A DNA stretch of 64,000 nucleotides from contig CM082593.2 in the NCBI GenBank assembly GCA_040954595.2, forward strand, positions 3,923,434 through 3,987,433. Reading direction: 5' to 3'. The translations under genes were made by a program, and so were the position numbers. The notes under the pieces were generated by a model. That model saw nothing but the letters and a program-made list of their open reading frames with translations, ran no database searches and had not been told where the DNA came from. This document shows, in pieces, positions 29,867-43,940 of this stretch; position 1 is the stretch's first letter, and every line of letters starts with the position of its first letter. The DNA is from Balanoglossus misakiensis (Eukaryota > Animalia > Hemichordata).

Positions 29867-32800
29867 CAGCATTATGTTTCTACTCATTAATTATGTGCAT
29901 ATCTAATAATCAGATCAGATAATAGAGCTTGGGCCCGGACAATGCTGCTTGCAGCTTTAATTTTTCTAGCTATTAATACCTTTTTTCCACGTCTGGAAAT
30001 CCCTATCGAAATCGAAATTCAGGTGTGACAATCTTATAATGCGGATACTTTTATTCACCTGTATCAACAAGTAAATCTCATCTCTTTCAATCATATTCAC
30101 CTGACGATATATCTAAAGACATCTCGAGACTATATATACTATACGATTTCACCAACAGTCTTTCATTACAAGTATTAAAACACGTATCTTATCAATCGCA
30201 ATTCGACGGGCTGGGTTTTATCTGGGCGTTTTCTTGGAATAGAGACAAAATAGTTGCTATGGTAACTAATCCTCTGGATCGTCCATACCTTTAAGTGGAT
30301 CAGGAAGTATTATCAAGTCTATTTATCAAATCACGAACCGTGATGAGACAGGAACCGCGCATCTCCTTGCTTGAAATAGAACACCCCCGCGCCCAAGCTG
30401 AAACCGTGGCTTTCGCTGCGCAAAGGGCGGCTGATAACTCGCTTTTCTTGGATTTGCCAATGAAAGGAATTTCCTCGGAGTGACAGGCCTGCTGATTTCC
30501 CCCCATTTCCATTTTGCGAAAAGCTTTTTATCTGACTTCATAATGCAAATGTGAAAACCGGCTCTGCGACATGAGATGTCATTTTACGAAGCAGTTAATA
30601 CAAGATGATGCAATTTTCTGTACGTGTGTCTGCTAGTTTTCTACAGGCTGCCGAATAAAATCATTTTTTTAATGAATTTCTTTTCGATTATCTCCCCAAA
30701 CTTATATGCATTTTTTTATTTTGAAAGATATGTTTCATGAGGGAATCAGGTTACTTGTTCATCTGAATTAGCTGATTATTTCGCGAACAACTGAGTAAAC
30801 TTTGGAGTCACCCCTCAAACCTCACAGTTCATACCATTTGCGACTCCAAGTCTGAGCGTAAATACACTGGCGACCAATTAAACCCACTCAATCCCCCATC
30901 AAACTAGGCATTTACCGACAGCCAACAATTAGCATCAGGAAATTAGCGCGAGTCACGGCGACCCTGACCAGAGAAAGAGAGTACTTGGCCTTTTATCCCT
31001 TCGCCGCCAGGTTTCTGTTTTTTCTTATAATTGTAAATTAGGCGCCTGTTGACGTTGTCTCCCTTATAATCGTGCGTAAGCTTGAATAAGTAACATCCAA
31101 AACTGGCATGCTGTCTGTGAGTCTCTTCGTGTACTTGTACAACATTTCCGCTGTTATTTTAAGGGCAAGGGCTGCTTTTCAGACAGACTTTATGTTTGCT
31201 ATTTCTATGTGTATCTGTATGTATGTATGTATGTATGTACGTACCGAGCTATGGCAACCAAACAATACATATATACACCCAGAATTCTGCTTTATCCATT
31301 AGTGGTTTTTCAAGCTTTTCAAAGAATTGGACACTTTCTGCATATGAAGCCACATTCTGAGATAAGGTTTCTCTGTAAGTACGTACTGCTATCATATCTG
31401 TATTCAATAATCCTTTGATTTTTCGTCTTTTGGAGTAGCATACATCAAAACATACTGACAAAGGAATTGTGATTTTTAACAGCTGTGTTGCTTACTGATT
31501 AGCCTTTACATAATTCCCTGTATATTTTTTAGATTGTCGTACGAAAATAAGTTGCATTTTCTTTCTGAAAATGCACATGAATTCCTGGCTTATAATTTCC
31601 GAGACTTTGCATAATCGAAGACGTTTTCAATTCCATACGGCTCAGAAATCTTTTCATTGTTATTATTATAATTTTGTAACATGGACTGATATTTCCACCA
31701 GGTGGTCCATACATCTCAAGATTCTTGGCTTCGATATGATAAGAAATCTGGAATATTTCATTGAATTATCTTTCTTGTGAATCAGCCCGCAATTGAAAAT
31801 ACTGAATTATCTCCAGCTTAAAGGTAGAAGTTATTCACGTGAAAGTTAAGTGTACATGAAAAACGGGCGCGGGCTTTGGGCGAACACTGGCACGCATGCG
31901 CATTAATTCACTTAAATGACAGGCGCCAAAGGGTATTCTGTTGCTATAGCAATACTTTTACAGTTATAATGAACAACGTTCCGGTTCTCATTGACTTTGA
32001 GCTCCATTTAAATTGAATAAAATTATTTTGAACTTGAGGTCTGCCAAAAATACATTTATGCATTTATCCTTGAAGTCAGATGCATCAAATCTCATACCAC
32101 ACCACACTGAACCCTCAAAGAGTCACGATGTGTACACAAGACATAAACTATCGTTCTAGTGTTTCTAAATATAAAAAAGATTTAGCTAATAATTTCCCTG
32201 TTCTCGTAAAAGATATCGTCAACGATTTTGTAAGAAAAAAACACCGCAAACATTCACATGTACAGAAATACAATCATGTATTAGGAATTTGAAACCTTAC
32301 AGCTACAGACAATTTTGGGGGAAATGCGGCTAATAGTTAATTAAAACGCAGACTTCAATTTGCTTGATTTGACAAGCAATAATTGATCAATTATCATCGC
32401 ATTGTTGAGGTGAAGGCAATATTAAGACATGTTGTTCGTTCCGCATCATTGTGTGGACCCTACTTTAATAGCAACACTCATACTAAGGGGCGTATCAACC
32501 TTATCAAATGACAACTTTAGTCATTTATCGCGTTCGCCTGAACCACAAAACACGTCCACAGACTAGTCATTTTAAGAGCGTTATTTTGGGTACAGAATAA
32601 AACGAAGCAGATCACTTTACTCAAAATACATGTGTAGCCTACATTTGTCAGAACAGAAACTTAAGGCCAACTTTTACCCTTGTATGCCATGCATCACCAA
32701 CACCTGGACAAATCACACGCCAGTATTAATAATGTAACAAAACAAGCAACAGATTTTTTTCATGAGTTCTTTCAGGAAGGGAGAAAAAACGACAAGTGTA

Positions 32801-34096
32801 TCATTTTTGCTCTAAAAATATTGAACGTGGTGATTATAGGACCGTGACCATATATATTGGCAATCTCAAACTTCCTTTAAACTTCTAATCTCATCTGATA
32901 AAAATGACCTACCCGAGGATAAATCCCAATCGAAGAGTCTTAGCAAGACAAATCAGCCAGAATACGAAAGAAGGAACGCCTTGCCTGGGTCCGTCTGTCT
33001 GCCAAAGCAGGTTGTTCTCAACTGACGCCAACCTGAAATGTCACAAGATCTCCACCGTGATGTGAAACTGGAGAAAAGTAGCTGGATCTGCCAAGTTAAT
33101 CCGTACCGGGGGATCTTTTTCGTACCCCTCAAGTAATGCGCGTTAGCCTGCTTCTGATATGCTGAGCGGTATTCAGTATGGCTGCGAACTGAATACACAT
33201 GGCGACACTGACAATTACGTTACATCAAATTTGTCTCGTGCTGCAAGAATTAAATCATATCGCCCATGTTAAGACCAACAACGTCCCTCAAGTTTGAATC
33301 AAGATACATCATTGCATCCAAGGGTAGTGGTTTGCCTCGCAGAAGAAATAACATTTAGTTGGCGGCACGTCTACTGTGAACATACCAAGATCGACATACA
33401 GTCCAGGCAATTAAGCTGGCATACATGATCAAAGTCGGTGTAGTGTCTTTGACAAGGGCCAGAATGATTCCAGTAGTATATTATATTAGTAATTGGGCGA
33501 TAATTTACTCTTCCGCGGAGGGTTTCTGACTCAAAGAGTGACTAAACACATCAAGTTGATAAAAAGCAGCGAAGCAAACCGTAGCCAAATAAATTGTCTT
33601 TCTCTTCTAATAGCAATTAGAGTTTGTCATAGAACTTAACGACGCTGTGGGATTTTGAAGTTATACTACAGAACTGTTTCTGATGTCTGTCTCTCTGACT
33701 CCCTGCCTCATTCCCCCTCCCTCCCTTCCCATGTTTTCTAGTTGCAACAGGAGATATTGGCAGCACACGTCTTCAAAAATACCGAACACGGTTTTTGTTA
33801 ACAATGTTATCTTTTTTAATAAAAATCCAAGCATCTATTCACGCTTATATATGATGATAATATTCGGCTCAGTTCAGTCATCAAATTTCTCAATGAAGTC
33901 ATGCAGTGAAAATAAAACCGTGCAAACATTTCGAACCGACTACACGAGTAATACCACACTAAGTGTAGGTGGTTACTGGTGTAAGCGGTTCTATGTTGCC
34001 TCTTGAGACAGCTAGTCTAGGCTTGTACAACGGGCTAGATCTTCAACTTCTCGGTCCCAATATCGCCCTGAAATGTGAGCGAGCAGCTTTAATCAT

Positions 34097-34200
34097 CGGT
34101 TTACTTTATCCTGGACAGAGTCGTATATCAGTCCGCGAGACACTCTGACGGTTTACTTTATAGTGGACTGGGCCGTATATCAGTGTATGGGACATGCTGG
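34097..34200 (+). repeat. Diverged 52-bp tandem duplication
   Basis: CGGTTTACTTTAT...GGAC...CGTATATCAGT at 34097 and 34149. Confidence 0.75.
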
Positions 34201-37200
34201 TCAAACCCTTTTCCAACTGAAGTCCAAAACAAGGCACGGTACAACGCACATACTCCAGAGTGTTCAGGGTTATCCGTGTTAGCAGAGATCAGTGCCGTCT
34301 GTCACTCCGTACGTTAAAGTGATTACGGAGGCAGACACATGTATTATATCAGCCCCACTTGTTAGTACGGGGAGCAAATAACTCGCATACAAACGCAGTA
34401 TCACTTTTCAAGAGATGGAGTGTTGAGAAAAGTGCCTTTGGCAAATCTTCAGCTGTTAGGACGTGAGACAACTCACTCTCCAATCAAAATAGTAATTCCT
34501 TCCGTTCAGTTCTTACGCTCTTCCGGTAATGACAAAATACAACGCCTTCTTTTTCACGTTTTGATAATAAGACATGTTTTTCATTCAAGAACATATACAA
34601 GGCACAGCTCTGTTCTCTCTCAAACCGAATTCAAGGCAAACAATGTTGTCAGAATGGGAGTGGGTTTGGGTGCGAATAGTTCTGAGGGAAGCCCTTCATT
34701 TTCTCTCCCCGTGACTTGACTCCAAATAAATGTCTTTTATTGACGTATTGGGATTAAAACAGCCAGTCAGCGTCGCCCAATGCAAGATAATCATAGTTAC
34801 TAGTACCATACCCACTCATCTGATTAAAACAGTATAAGTGAGTGTTGAATAAAAACTTGGGAGGCAAGTTGTATAGTTTAGATTGACACCTCCTAAAGCG
34901 AGAATCCCAACCCCACTACACTCCTCTGCCCCACCTGTGCATATGTTCTAAACAATCTCGTCTGATTCTAAGTAGGCAGAAAAGCCAATGGTTCTGAGTA
35001 GGGCAGGTATACCAAGAAAAATTTAAGACGTTTATCGTACACTTTAGAGATCAAGTTGTATGTCACGGGCCAACAAAACAGTTCACCTTAATTTGTTTCT
35101 CTTGCATACTTTTTGCTACCGATCTACCAAAAATATTTCAGACATCTTGTCTCAATTACTACTCACTATGGCCAAGTTACTGAATGATTTAAAGGCTAAT
35201 GCCCGGTACTTGATAGTGACATAAGCCATATTGGTTTAGATATTAACAAGACTTGTCTGGAGCAGGTACGTTTCACAGATCACCATGACATTGATGTCAG
35301 CGTCAGAGAGGCTCCTCGTTAAATTCTTTCTAATCAAGACACAGATAAAGAAATTTTTTATGAAGTGTTCGTTTTTATCATATCAATTTTACCTAGACTA
35401 AGCCTGCCCATAACAAAATTGGCACAAATCAATGTTCTTTACAATGGAATTCAAGAGTTTTTTGTCTGCTGTTCACAAAAATTGGGACGCGTGCTCACGC
35501 TTCGCGTCAGCCATTAACATCAGAATAAAGTACATATTCTGGGTCATTTGGAACTTTCCCCTAAATGCTACATGGCGAGAATGCGACTTCTGTTACCCCA
35601 GGTTTTAAATCTCGACAAAGTACATTCAGGGATGAGAGTTTAGTCTCGGAAGCTCATCTCGTGGTGTAGAGCATTATATTCAATGTAGTATGTTTTCTAT
35701 CGGATAGATCCACCCCAGGCGTAGGATAAGGTAGCTATTCATCTGACGAATACACGCCATATACACCAATCCTGAAATGACTTCAATCTATTCATCGTCG
35801 TCAAGCATCCGGATATCCCATTTGGGATTTTCATTAATCCCAAAACCAATAAATAAATAAAACCAACAATATGAGCATTAAGATGGAATCCACAACTACA
35901 AAATATCAGCTCCTTGAACGAAAGTAGGCTATGGATGACAGAATTTATTCAGCTTCGTTTGATTGGGAAATGTTGCAATATTCATATTGTGGTTTGCCAA
36001 GAACATAGAGCTGGCTATAGAAATCCCCCTCGTTCTAAACAAGAAATGTGGTTGTATCCTTGATTGAAAGCATTTCCTGTAGCCTATGCAATAAATGTCA
36101 ATTCACCAATATTTATATACTTAGATGATGTGCATGACACACACAGCAATAGGCGGAGGCGATACATACTAGAATAAACAGACGATTTTAACTTTGATAT
36201 TTTCCAAATTCATAACACCACTGGAATGAAATAACACTGGTATCTTCCAAATGTCATTTTCAGTAAGTTGCACGTACACGCATTTCAATACGTCAAGTTG
36301 ACAATCAACAGAATGGAGAGCCATCTCGCAAGAACTAGGCTTAGCTCAAGCTTTTCAAGTAGCACTTGTGTACGTCTGCCTAGAAACCTGAGCGTTTCTT
36401 TCTCGTTTCCCAGTCTTATACATGTATATCAATCCATTTTACTCTCAAAATATAACATTTTAGTATAACATGGTCGTACTACATATTCAACTGCAAAATT
36501 TAAATTGTTGATTGATTGGTCTCCGTGTAAGCTGACCATTGTCTCTTACCATTGTCCAACAAAATACTGATTAAAAATGATTATTGTCATTCTATGAAAG
36601 GATATCAATCAATTGTAGGCTATGAAAGATGTCAATTCATAACACTAAATTGCACGCCTTTTAGTTGAGCGAATGGCTTCTGTATTCATGCTTTGAGAGA
36701 AAAATTCTGTATTGTTTGGGGCTTAATTACTAACATGCAATGAAAGACAAGAAGTCTTCGAAGTTAATTGAAAGTTAAAGGGGACATATTTTCTACCAGA
36801 TTTACATGTAAACCTACGTAAAGTATATCAACATCCTTCAAAACCCCTGTTTTGATGAGGTTCAAATCCTCACCTGATGAATTTTTAAAACATGGAAGTA
36901 GCATTATTAATTTTGCATTAACGGTATGCGAATGTACTTAATATCTAGTAAGGCAATGTGTGAGATGCAATGAATCTAAGACAACCCTCTCCTCAATATC
37001 TGGATTATAGCCAACAGGAAAACAGTATTCACGAGCTATAGTAAGATAGATATACAGACTGTGAAAAAAGGAGACAGTTTTCAAGTCCTGTTTGCTGTTT
37101 GTAATGAAATTCGTTATTAATTGGAAACATATGATTTGAAGACAGATATTGCCGTAAGCACTTAAACTCAATTCTAAGTAGAGATTTTATTTTACGTTTG

Positions 37201-37848
37201 CTTTAATGTCAGTAATGTAAGCATTAGATACATCAGTCTATCTCTGGAAATTTCCGTCTCCCTTGAAGTTAATTTCACGGTCCATGCTATTTCGTAATGT
37301 ACATTGTATACTGTGCCTCCGAAAGTTGACAGGCGTGGTCGTTCAGTGAGGCGTCGTCTTGTGATGAAACGCGCCGGCGAGAATGTCTCTAGAACACAAA
37401 TAGTCCGACCAGAAGCCTGGAGACTGACACAGTGAAATCTGACAATGAGCGGATGTGGGAACCACCAGGGAGGAAAGGCAGGGAACAACAAACACAAAAA
37501 TGGGCCTAACTTTGGATTATGTTTAAACATTTATTGTCACCAGATACGGATATCTTAACACAGAGACAAATATGACCCAATGTCCAATCGTGTTAGCTAC
37601 AACTACCGTAAAAAAACTTTTTAGTGACCCATATAACACCTATGCTTTTACATGTATCAGGTTGTTTTTGCTGGCAGGGAAAACTTGAAACCGAATCCGT
37701 TGGAAAAATTTTCCTTTGTCGTGGCGTATGTTTTTGTGTGTGTCTACAGCACAATTATTTCTGCAAATATACGCACCCATCAAGCCAGACACACACACAT
37801 CGCATGTACGCGGGTGTGTGCATGAATGCACATGGACGGACAAACATA

Positions 37849-37960
37849 CAGACCAGACCAGACCAGAGAAGAGAAGACCACAGACCACAAGCCAGACCAC
37901 AGACCAGACCAGAAAAGACCAAAGACCAGAGAAGAGAAGAGAAAAGAAAAGAAAAGAAGA
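37849..37960 (+). repeat. Compound pentanucleotide microsatellite (ACCAG)n/(AGAGA)n/(AAAAG)n
   Basis: Directly visible; explains the cluster of low-complexity ORFs at 37624-38067. Confidence 0.9.
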
Positions 37961-39235
37961 GATTTGGATGTGGCATCGTTACAAGAACTGATTGCCATAC
38001 ACACAATTATACAATGTTGTTTGTTTGTTTCACATTAACAGGTCTTTACGTGATGGCCTGTTTCTAAAAGTAATATACTTCACAGTTGAAAGATGACATG
38101 TACATAAACACATTTTTGCTATGTATTCTCTGTCGATTATTAAGTCTGTAAATTGAAAACAAACCCCTCCAAATTGGCGACCAATGCTGATAATATCAAC
38201 AATTAATGACATGCCCATATAAAAAATATATATATGGTTCAGTTTGACCCGGGAATAATTTACGCAAACACATAAAGTAAAAATAAAACAAACATTGCAA
38301 AGGCAAACAAAAGTCTCGACACCGACAGATAATTTACAACACATCACTTAAGATGACACAGGGAATGAATCTTTATATGTTAGCCGCCGTACTATGTCCC
38401 CAGTCACAGGGGTCTAATCAGCAGAGAAGCAAATGTACATAACCACCAAGGCAAGTGGGTAGGGCCGTTGCTTCCAAAGCATCATACTTATTGGTAAGAA
38501 AACCAACATCAAAACGATTTCGTTTATTTTTGGAGAGATGTATATAGTAGTGGGCTTTGAGACACACGGGAGGGAACTGTACCAAATAAAGTACTGAAAG
38601 CTGTTTATGATTCATCAACTTTGGTGACACAAGACAAACCAGACAGCTAATTTGCCGGGAGAATCCCTTGAAAAAAAATAGCAGTATATGGGAGCACAGA
38701 TGTGGATTTACATTACTCGATGAGCATCAGAAATATTGGTGTTATTTTAGGTTGGTGATACGTAAGAGTTTGCTGCAAATTGGTTTGTGATGTCAGCTCA
38801 GTGTAATCTGCTAGCAGCATTGCGCAAGCCCCCACTGACTTGATTGCAATTGAATAAAGATCTTTCAAGAGTACAGTTAGGGTGGAATAACAGTATTTTT
38901 AGAATGTATGTAACTCTTGTAATGCAATCATTTTGGCTAATCAGATAAATTGGTCCTGTATTCTGGTGCATGTTATGAACATTTAAAAGTTACTACACAG
39001 TTGGATGAACCCAGAAAGGTAATGCAGGCATCGCAGTTGGTGGTCTCCCGGGGTTACCCTATTCTCGCTGCCCTTTAATTCCAATACAGCTTGAAATCCA
39101 CACCCAGTTTAAAACTAGGTGTTTGCATGAATATGTCACCACTATATAAAACACTTCATGTGCTATCAGAGCAACATTTCTTTTTCCCTGTCTATTTCTT
39201 CTAAACTGTGAATATTTTCCCCAAAATACTCAGCT

Positions 39236-39290
39236 GAGAGAGAGAGAGAGGGGGGGGGGGGGGGGGGAGAGAGAGAGAAAGACGAGAGAG
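39236..39290 (+). repeat. (GA)n microsatellite interrupted by a G18 run
   Basis: G homopolymer 39250-39267 flanked by GA repeats. Confidence 0.9.
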
Positions 39291-42200
39291 ACTGTAAACT
39301 GACCAAAAAGTATTAGCTGAAGCTATACCTTGGTAAAACTCGTAGCAGTCAATATTGCGTTTATAATTTCTTGAATAAATGCATATCCCAATACAAAACA
39401 CGGAAAAAAGGCGTCAAAATTTGTTATTACCGAATAAAAGGAAATAAAGAAAGTGCTATTCAAATGAACCTTTTATCAAGGGACAAAAATGTGATTGAAC
39501 TCGCAACACCTCCACGAGAGGACGACACTGCTATTAATGCTGTCTGCGATCGTGATGCGACCTACATTTTGTGTATCGTGACGTCTGGCTCTTGCAGTTC
39601 GACATAAATTGCCATATACATGTACATGCATGCATCTGTTCTAATAGAAATGTTATGCTAAGTGCCTTATGAAAGTCTAAGATCCGTGCATGTCACGATC
39701 TTTGTGTCGGAACAAGGCAGCATATATCAGCAGTATTCAATTAGGGGAACGGCACACGCTTTGATTAAGGGGCTACCCAGAATCACTTGTCTGTAGCTCT
39801 GCTTGAGTTGGCAAACACACGCACAAATTAATGGATCCTAGTATGTCGTATTTGGAGGGATGCTCTGACCCCGACTGATCTTGGTTTGTGCAGACAGTCA
39901 GTTGCGCCTGAGCTTTCTTGTTTGTTTGTCCCGAAGTCAAATAGTGGCCAAATTTACGATACCGTCTTGTGTACGTGTGTGTTAATTTGATCACGTTTTT
40001 TACTGTTGCTCGGCTATTCTGTGGGTGTTCTGTGATCTACCTTTGGCTGACTTAAATACATCAAAACAGCTAACAAATCTTGCAGCTAACTATGTGATAA
40101 ACACGCTATCCCACTCTACTGTTTAGCATTCCTTTGATCCACTACATAAAATGAAGTTCTTGTGTGTGCAATGGCATAGAATAGATGTAATTACTCGTTG
40201 AGTCTTTGGGACGTACAAATGTCAAGCTATCTGTCTAACATACTATCTGTCTGTCTGTTATGTTTGACTCCTGCATGCTTGTCTTTCACTCCAGTCATTT
40301 TTGATACTATACATTAATCAAAACTACTCTCCTACAATGAAAAGCCATTTCAGGTATATGTATATGCCTTAATAACTGTAACCTTAATATCATAAGAATC
40401 AAACTGGAATGTATGTTTGCTCAGTGAGTTAACCTTGTATTCACATCCTTGATACATAAAGCCACCACATCAACAGAAGTAGAAACAAATCCACACCACA
40501 AATGATTTTGGGATATTTATTTAGAACTGTCAACCCAGTGAACTTAATGATCTAAGTGTTCATATTTGTCAGGACCAGGTCAAGCCGATAGTGGACTCAT
40601 TTTACAGAGAGCTTTAAATTCGACCTTCGACAGAAAATGAAGTCACTCTAGGCTAGTTTCTTGCGTATGATGACAGCTAAGGATTAATCTTCTTGGTTGC
40701 AATCTGTCCTCACATTTCTTTTTTTTTCCCAAACATAAATATTTTCCAGTTAACAGAATTAAATATTCATCAATGCATACATGTATGTTGTATGTTGTCC
40801 CCTTTAGTTTGAACTTGAACATTTATCAAGTTATGACCAATGTGTTGATGATATGAAAATTGATTTATCATTTGGTCGTTAGGATTTTCTTGTGTGGTCC
40901 TTGATTTTACAGACATAACGTGGCGTTGAAAAATGGAAATATGGTATTCATGTGTAATAACATACACAGTATACAATAAATTATATTCACATAAGTCACT
41001 GTTGGTTGCAACTTTATATGTCAGTTTTTTCCCTCTTTAGCAGATAAATGAAAATGCTATTCATCATTACATTTCAGTCTGTGCGTTAAAGAGGTTTTAA
41101 AATAATCATATTGCAACAAAGTTAATTGTTTATAATTTACTACCATATTTTTGAACTACATTTATGTACTGTGCCTTCTTGAAAACAACATGTGTAAAGA
41201 TAGGCGTAGTGATATTTGACCGTTGCAGCGAACGACTTCAACTAATTCTCGCTGCAAACCCAATATGTACACTGTGCTCGGTCGCATATATTATTCAAAA
41301 GTAGGCTTTAATTTTCTCACATTGCATAACATGTGACTCTCAACTGCTGGCGGTGGAAATCACTTCACTTGAGACCACACATAACCTGCTTTGTATTTCG
41401 ATACGTTTCACAGAGACAGATGAATCATGACCCTTGACCTTTAGTCGCTTCAAGGATAAAGCAGTTTAACATGACAATAAATTCAACTCAGGACCATAAA
41501 TCTCACATATAAAACTAAAAGAGAAAATATTATATATATTATATACTGAAAAGCCATCGCTGGAGTATGTGGTGATTTTGCAATTACAAAATATGCAAGG
41601 CTGAATAAAGGCCGGTTGAGGGCGACAGGTTACAAGAGTTTCTCCAAAACGACAGTTAGATGACATTTTAGAAAGATGTGAAGCCAGTTTTGACTGGTGA
41701 ACACCAGAAAAGGAAGGAAACCAATTATTTATGAGAACCATGACATATTAAAATTCAAAATTGAACAGTCTCATGCCTTGAGATAATTTTTAATATTGCC
41801 CCATATTTGAGTTAAAGTCAGAGATTGCAATAAAAGAGACTGACAGCGTATATTACGCATGCGTAGAGATAAGAGCATATAGCTTGTTACAGTTATGCCT
41901 AAAGCAGGTCAACCTGTAAGGTTTGGCCAATATATGTTGGCATATACAGGAATAATATCACATGAGATGGAAAATTATTTGATGATTTTGAGCATGTGCT
42001 GATTATTTCATTTCTCATTAAAAAGCAATTATTTATAATGAACCACACAGGCATATTTGAGTCAACTACATATTTCATGTAGTGATGTCAATAATATAAT
42101 TGTTGCTACTTTTTTTTCTAATTTGAACGGGGAAAAGTGGAGATTCGTCATAGCCCCGAGTATGCGAAATTAACCGCAATACGTACTAGTGATCATCTGT

Positions 42201-42978
42201 GAGATTTGTGTGTATATACTAAAAGTCTCAAGGAATTCGAGAATTAATATGAAGCCTGGTATTAAGCGTCACACGAAAAGCGTGTTGTATGTCAGATTTG
42301 TATGGTTGACAGAAAAGCTACACGTCTGAAGAAATAGAGAAGACGTGGACTGAAGAAGCGCCCTCTTGTGCTTACAAAGCTAAACGTGACCGCACTATGC
42401 GAAATGATCAATCAGAGGTTGTGAGGTCAGCCTTGTTGAAGTAAAAAAAAGTAGCAAATGAGTAGTACACTTGCTGCTGTTAATAGTGTTATAGTGTACT
42501 TGATATTACTTGATCTTATTGCAACAGAGGCAAGGATGGGGCCCCAGCCCCCCCCCCCCCCCCAATTTTTCAAATCCGAAGAGGAACCCCACCCCCACCC
42601 CCACCCCAATTTTTAAACCTTCATATCAGGAGTTGTCTCATTAAATCCGAACGAGTATGTTTTCCACACAAGAGAAACATTTGTCCGTAGTCGGACATTA
42701 ATTTCACTTGAACGGTGAAGAAAATGGCCAAGTTCTAGAAGTTACCATTCAGCACAGGAAAGACATCACAACTTTCAGTGCAAGCAAAACACACACATTT
42801 CTAGGGTGGTGTGCACAAGACATACTGAAATGGGTCACAATAACCCAAGGTTTAGAGTTCATGAGACTGGGAAAAGCGGCCTATTATACAAAGACATAAT
42901 GTTATCCACTGGGAGAGAGTACAACACGTGGTGTACTTTTACTTGCGGTGAGGATTACTGAACTATTCTCAAGTGTGA

Positions 42979-43940
42979 CAGCCTTAAAGGCTGCAAAGAG
43001 ACTCACACGAAACTAATCTTAATGATGTTTTTGTAAAATTTGAAAGCTTTCTTCCAAAAAAGTGTCAAGGACACTGTGGTCCCATTTAGGGATTACACAA
43101 GAAAAAGTCTACATATACAGACAGACAGACTGACACACACATACTAAAGAGAGATCAACAGGCAAACACTGACTGACCCATAAGCTGCCAATGGTATGTG
43201 TACTGTACATACACCAAAAAGAACAGCTGGTCTCTTTAACACCCATGATTTGATTCCATTATAATTATATAAAGAAGCCTATCCCATTAACTTATAACAC
43301 AAATTTTAAAGAAACCAGCCATACACTTTCTGAGAAATATAATTTTTTATCAAAATTGGAAAATATGGCCCTAAAATACTTGATTCTATTATAATTATAT
43401 AAAGAAGCCCATCCAATTAACTTATAACACAACTTTTAAAGTAATCAGCCATACACTTTCTGAGAAATATAATTTTTTATCAAAATTGGAAAATATGGCC
43501 CTAAAATACTTGATTCCATTATAATTATATAAAGAAGCCCATCCAATTAACTTATAACACAAATTTTAAAGTAATCAGCCATACACTTTCTGAGAAATAT
43601 AATTTTTTATCAAAATTGGAAAATATGGCCCTAAAATACTAGATATTGCCCCCACAAAGCATTGACACTTTCATCATTAGTGGTTTTGTAAATCATCATG
43701 AGAACACACCCAGGAACCCTCAAATCAAATTAGAGGATTTTCTGAGAAAGAGTTTTGACCAAAAATGGCTAAATCACCCCAAAAATATGCTATTGAATTC
43801 TTCAAGTTGATTTGAACAACAATTTTTTAACATACATGTAAATCTGACTTGCATACATACATACAGACAGACAAACAAACAGACAGACGCAACTGATTCC
43901 ATAAGGTCCCATGGTATATATACATACCAAATGGGACCCC
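42979..43940 (-). mobile_element. Second HINE-like non-autonomous element, reverse orientation, possibly two nested or adjacent copies
   Basis: Terminal hairpin GGTCCCAT-GGTAT..ATACC-aa-ATGGGACC (43905-43938) next to an (ACAT)/(ACAG) microsatellite (43853-43889). A related microsatellite plus hairpin lies at 43112-43228, a small stem-loop CAGCCTT-a-AAGGCTG at 42979-42993, and an internal 130-bp array. Confidence 0.55.
43251..43640 (+). repeat. Three near-identical 130-bp tandem units
   Basis: Units start at 43251, 43381 and 43511 (tgattcc/tattataattatataaagaagcc...aaatatggccctaaaatact) and differ by only a few substitutions. Confidence 0.95.

Larger units (their letters stand above)
28211..29965 (+). 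mobile_element. Non-autonomous Helentron/DINE-1-like (HINE) rolling-circle element
   Basis: 5' perfect 14-bp hairpin TAGGGCCCAAGCGC-aagcca-GCGCTTGGGCCCTA (28213-28246), then a TTCT-rich tract and internal tandem repeats. Subterminal inverted copy GCTTGGGCCC at 29927-29936, short 3' stem-loop GCTGC-tt-GCAGC (29944-29955), T-rich flanks, no coding capacity. Confidence 0.75.

Noticed and set aside
33038-33136. Peptide LHRDVKLEK resembling a kinase catalytic loop
   Set aside because: The invariant Asn is Lys, no DFG follows, there are stops on both sides and no splice sites; probably coincidence.
36855-36875. tRNA T-loop/B-box-like GGTTCAAATCC hairpin
   Set aside because: No A-box or cloverleaf upstream, so no tRNA or SINE call.
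37624-38067. Several long ORFs on both strands
   Set aside because: They are translations of pentanucleotide microsatellites.
43251-43640. Regular repeats as a possible CRISPR-like array
   Set aside because: Head-to-tail units with no unique spacers, eukaryotic context and no cas genes.
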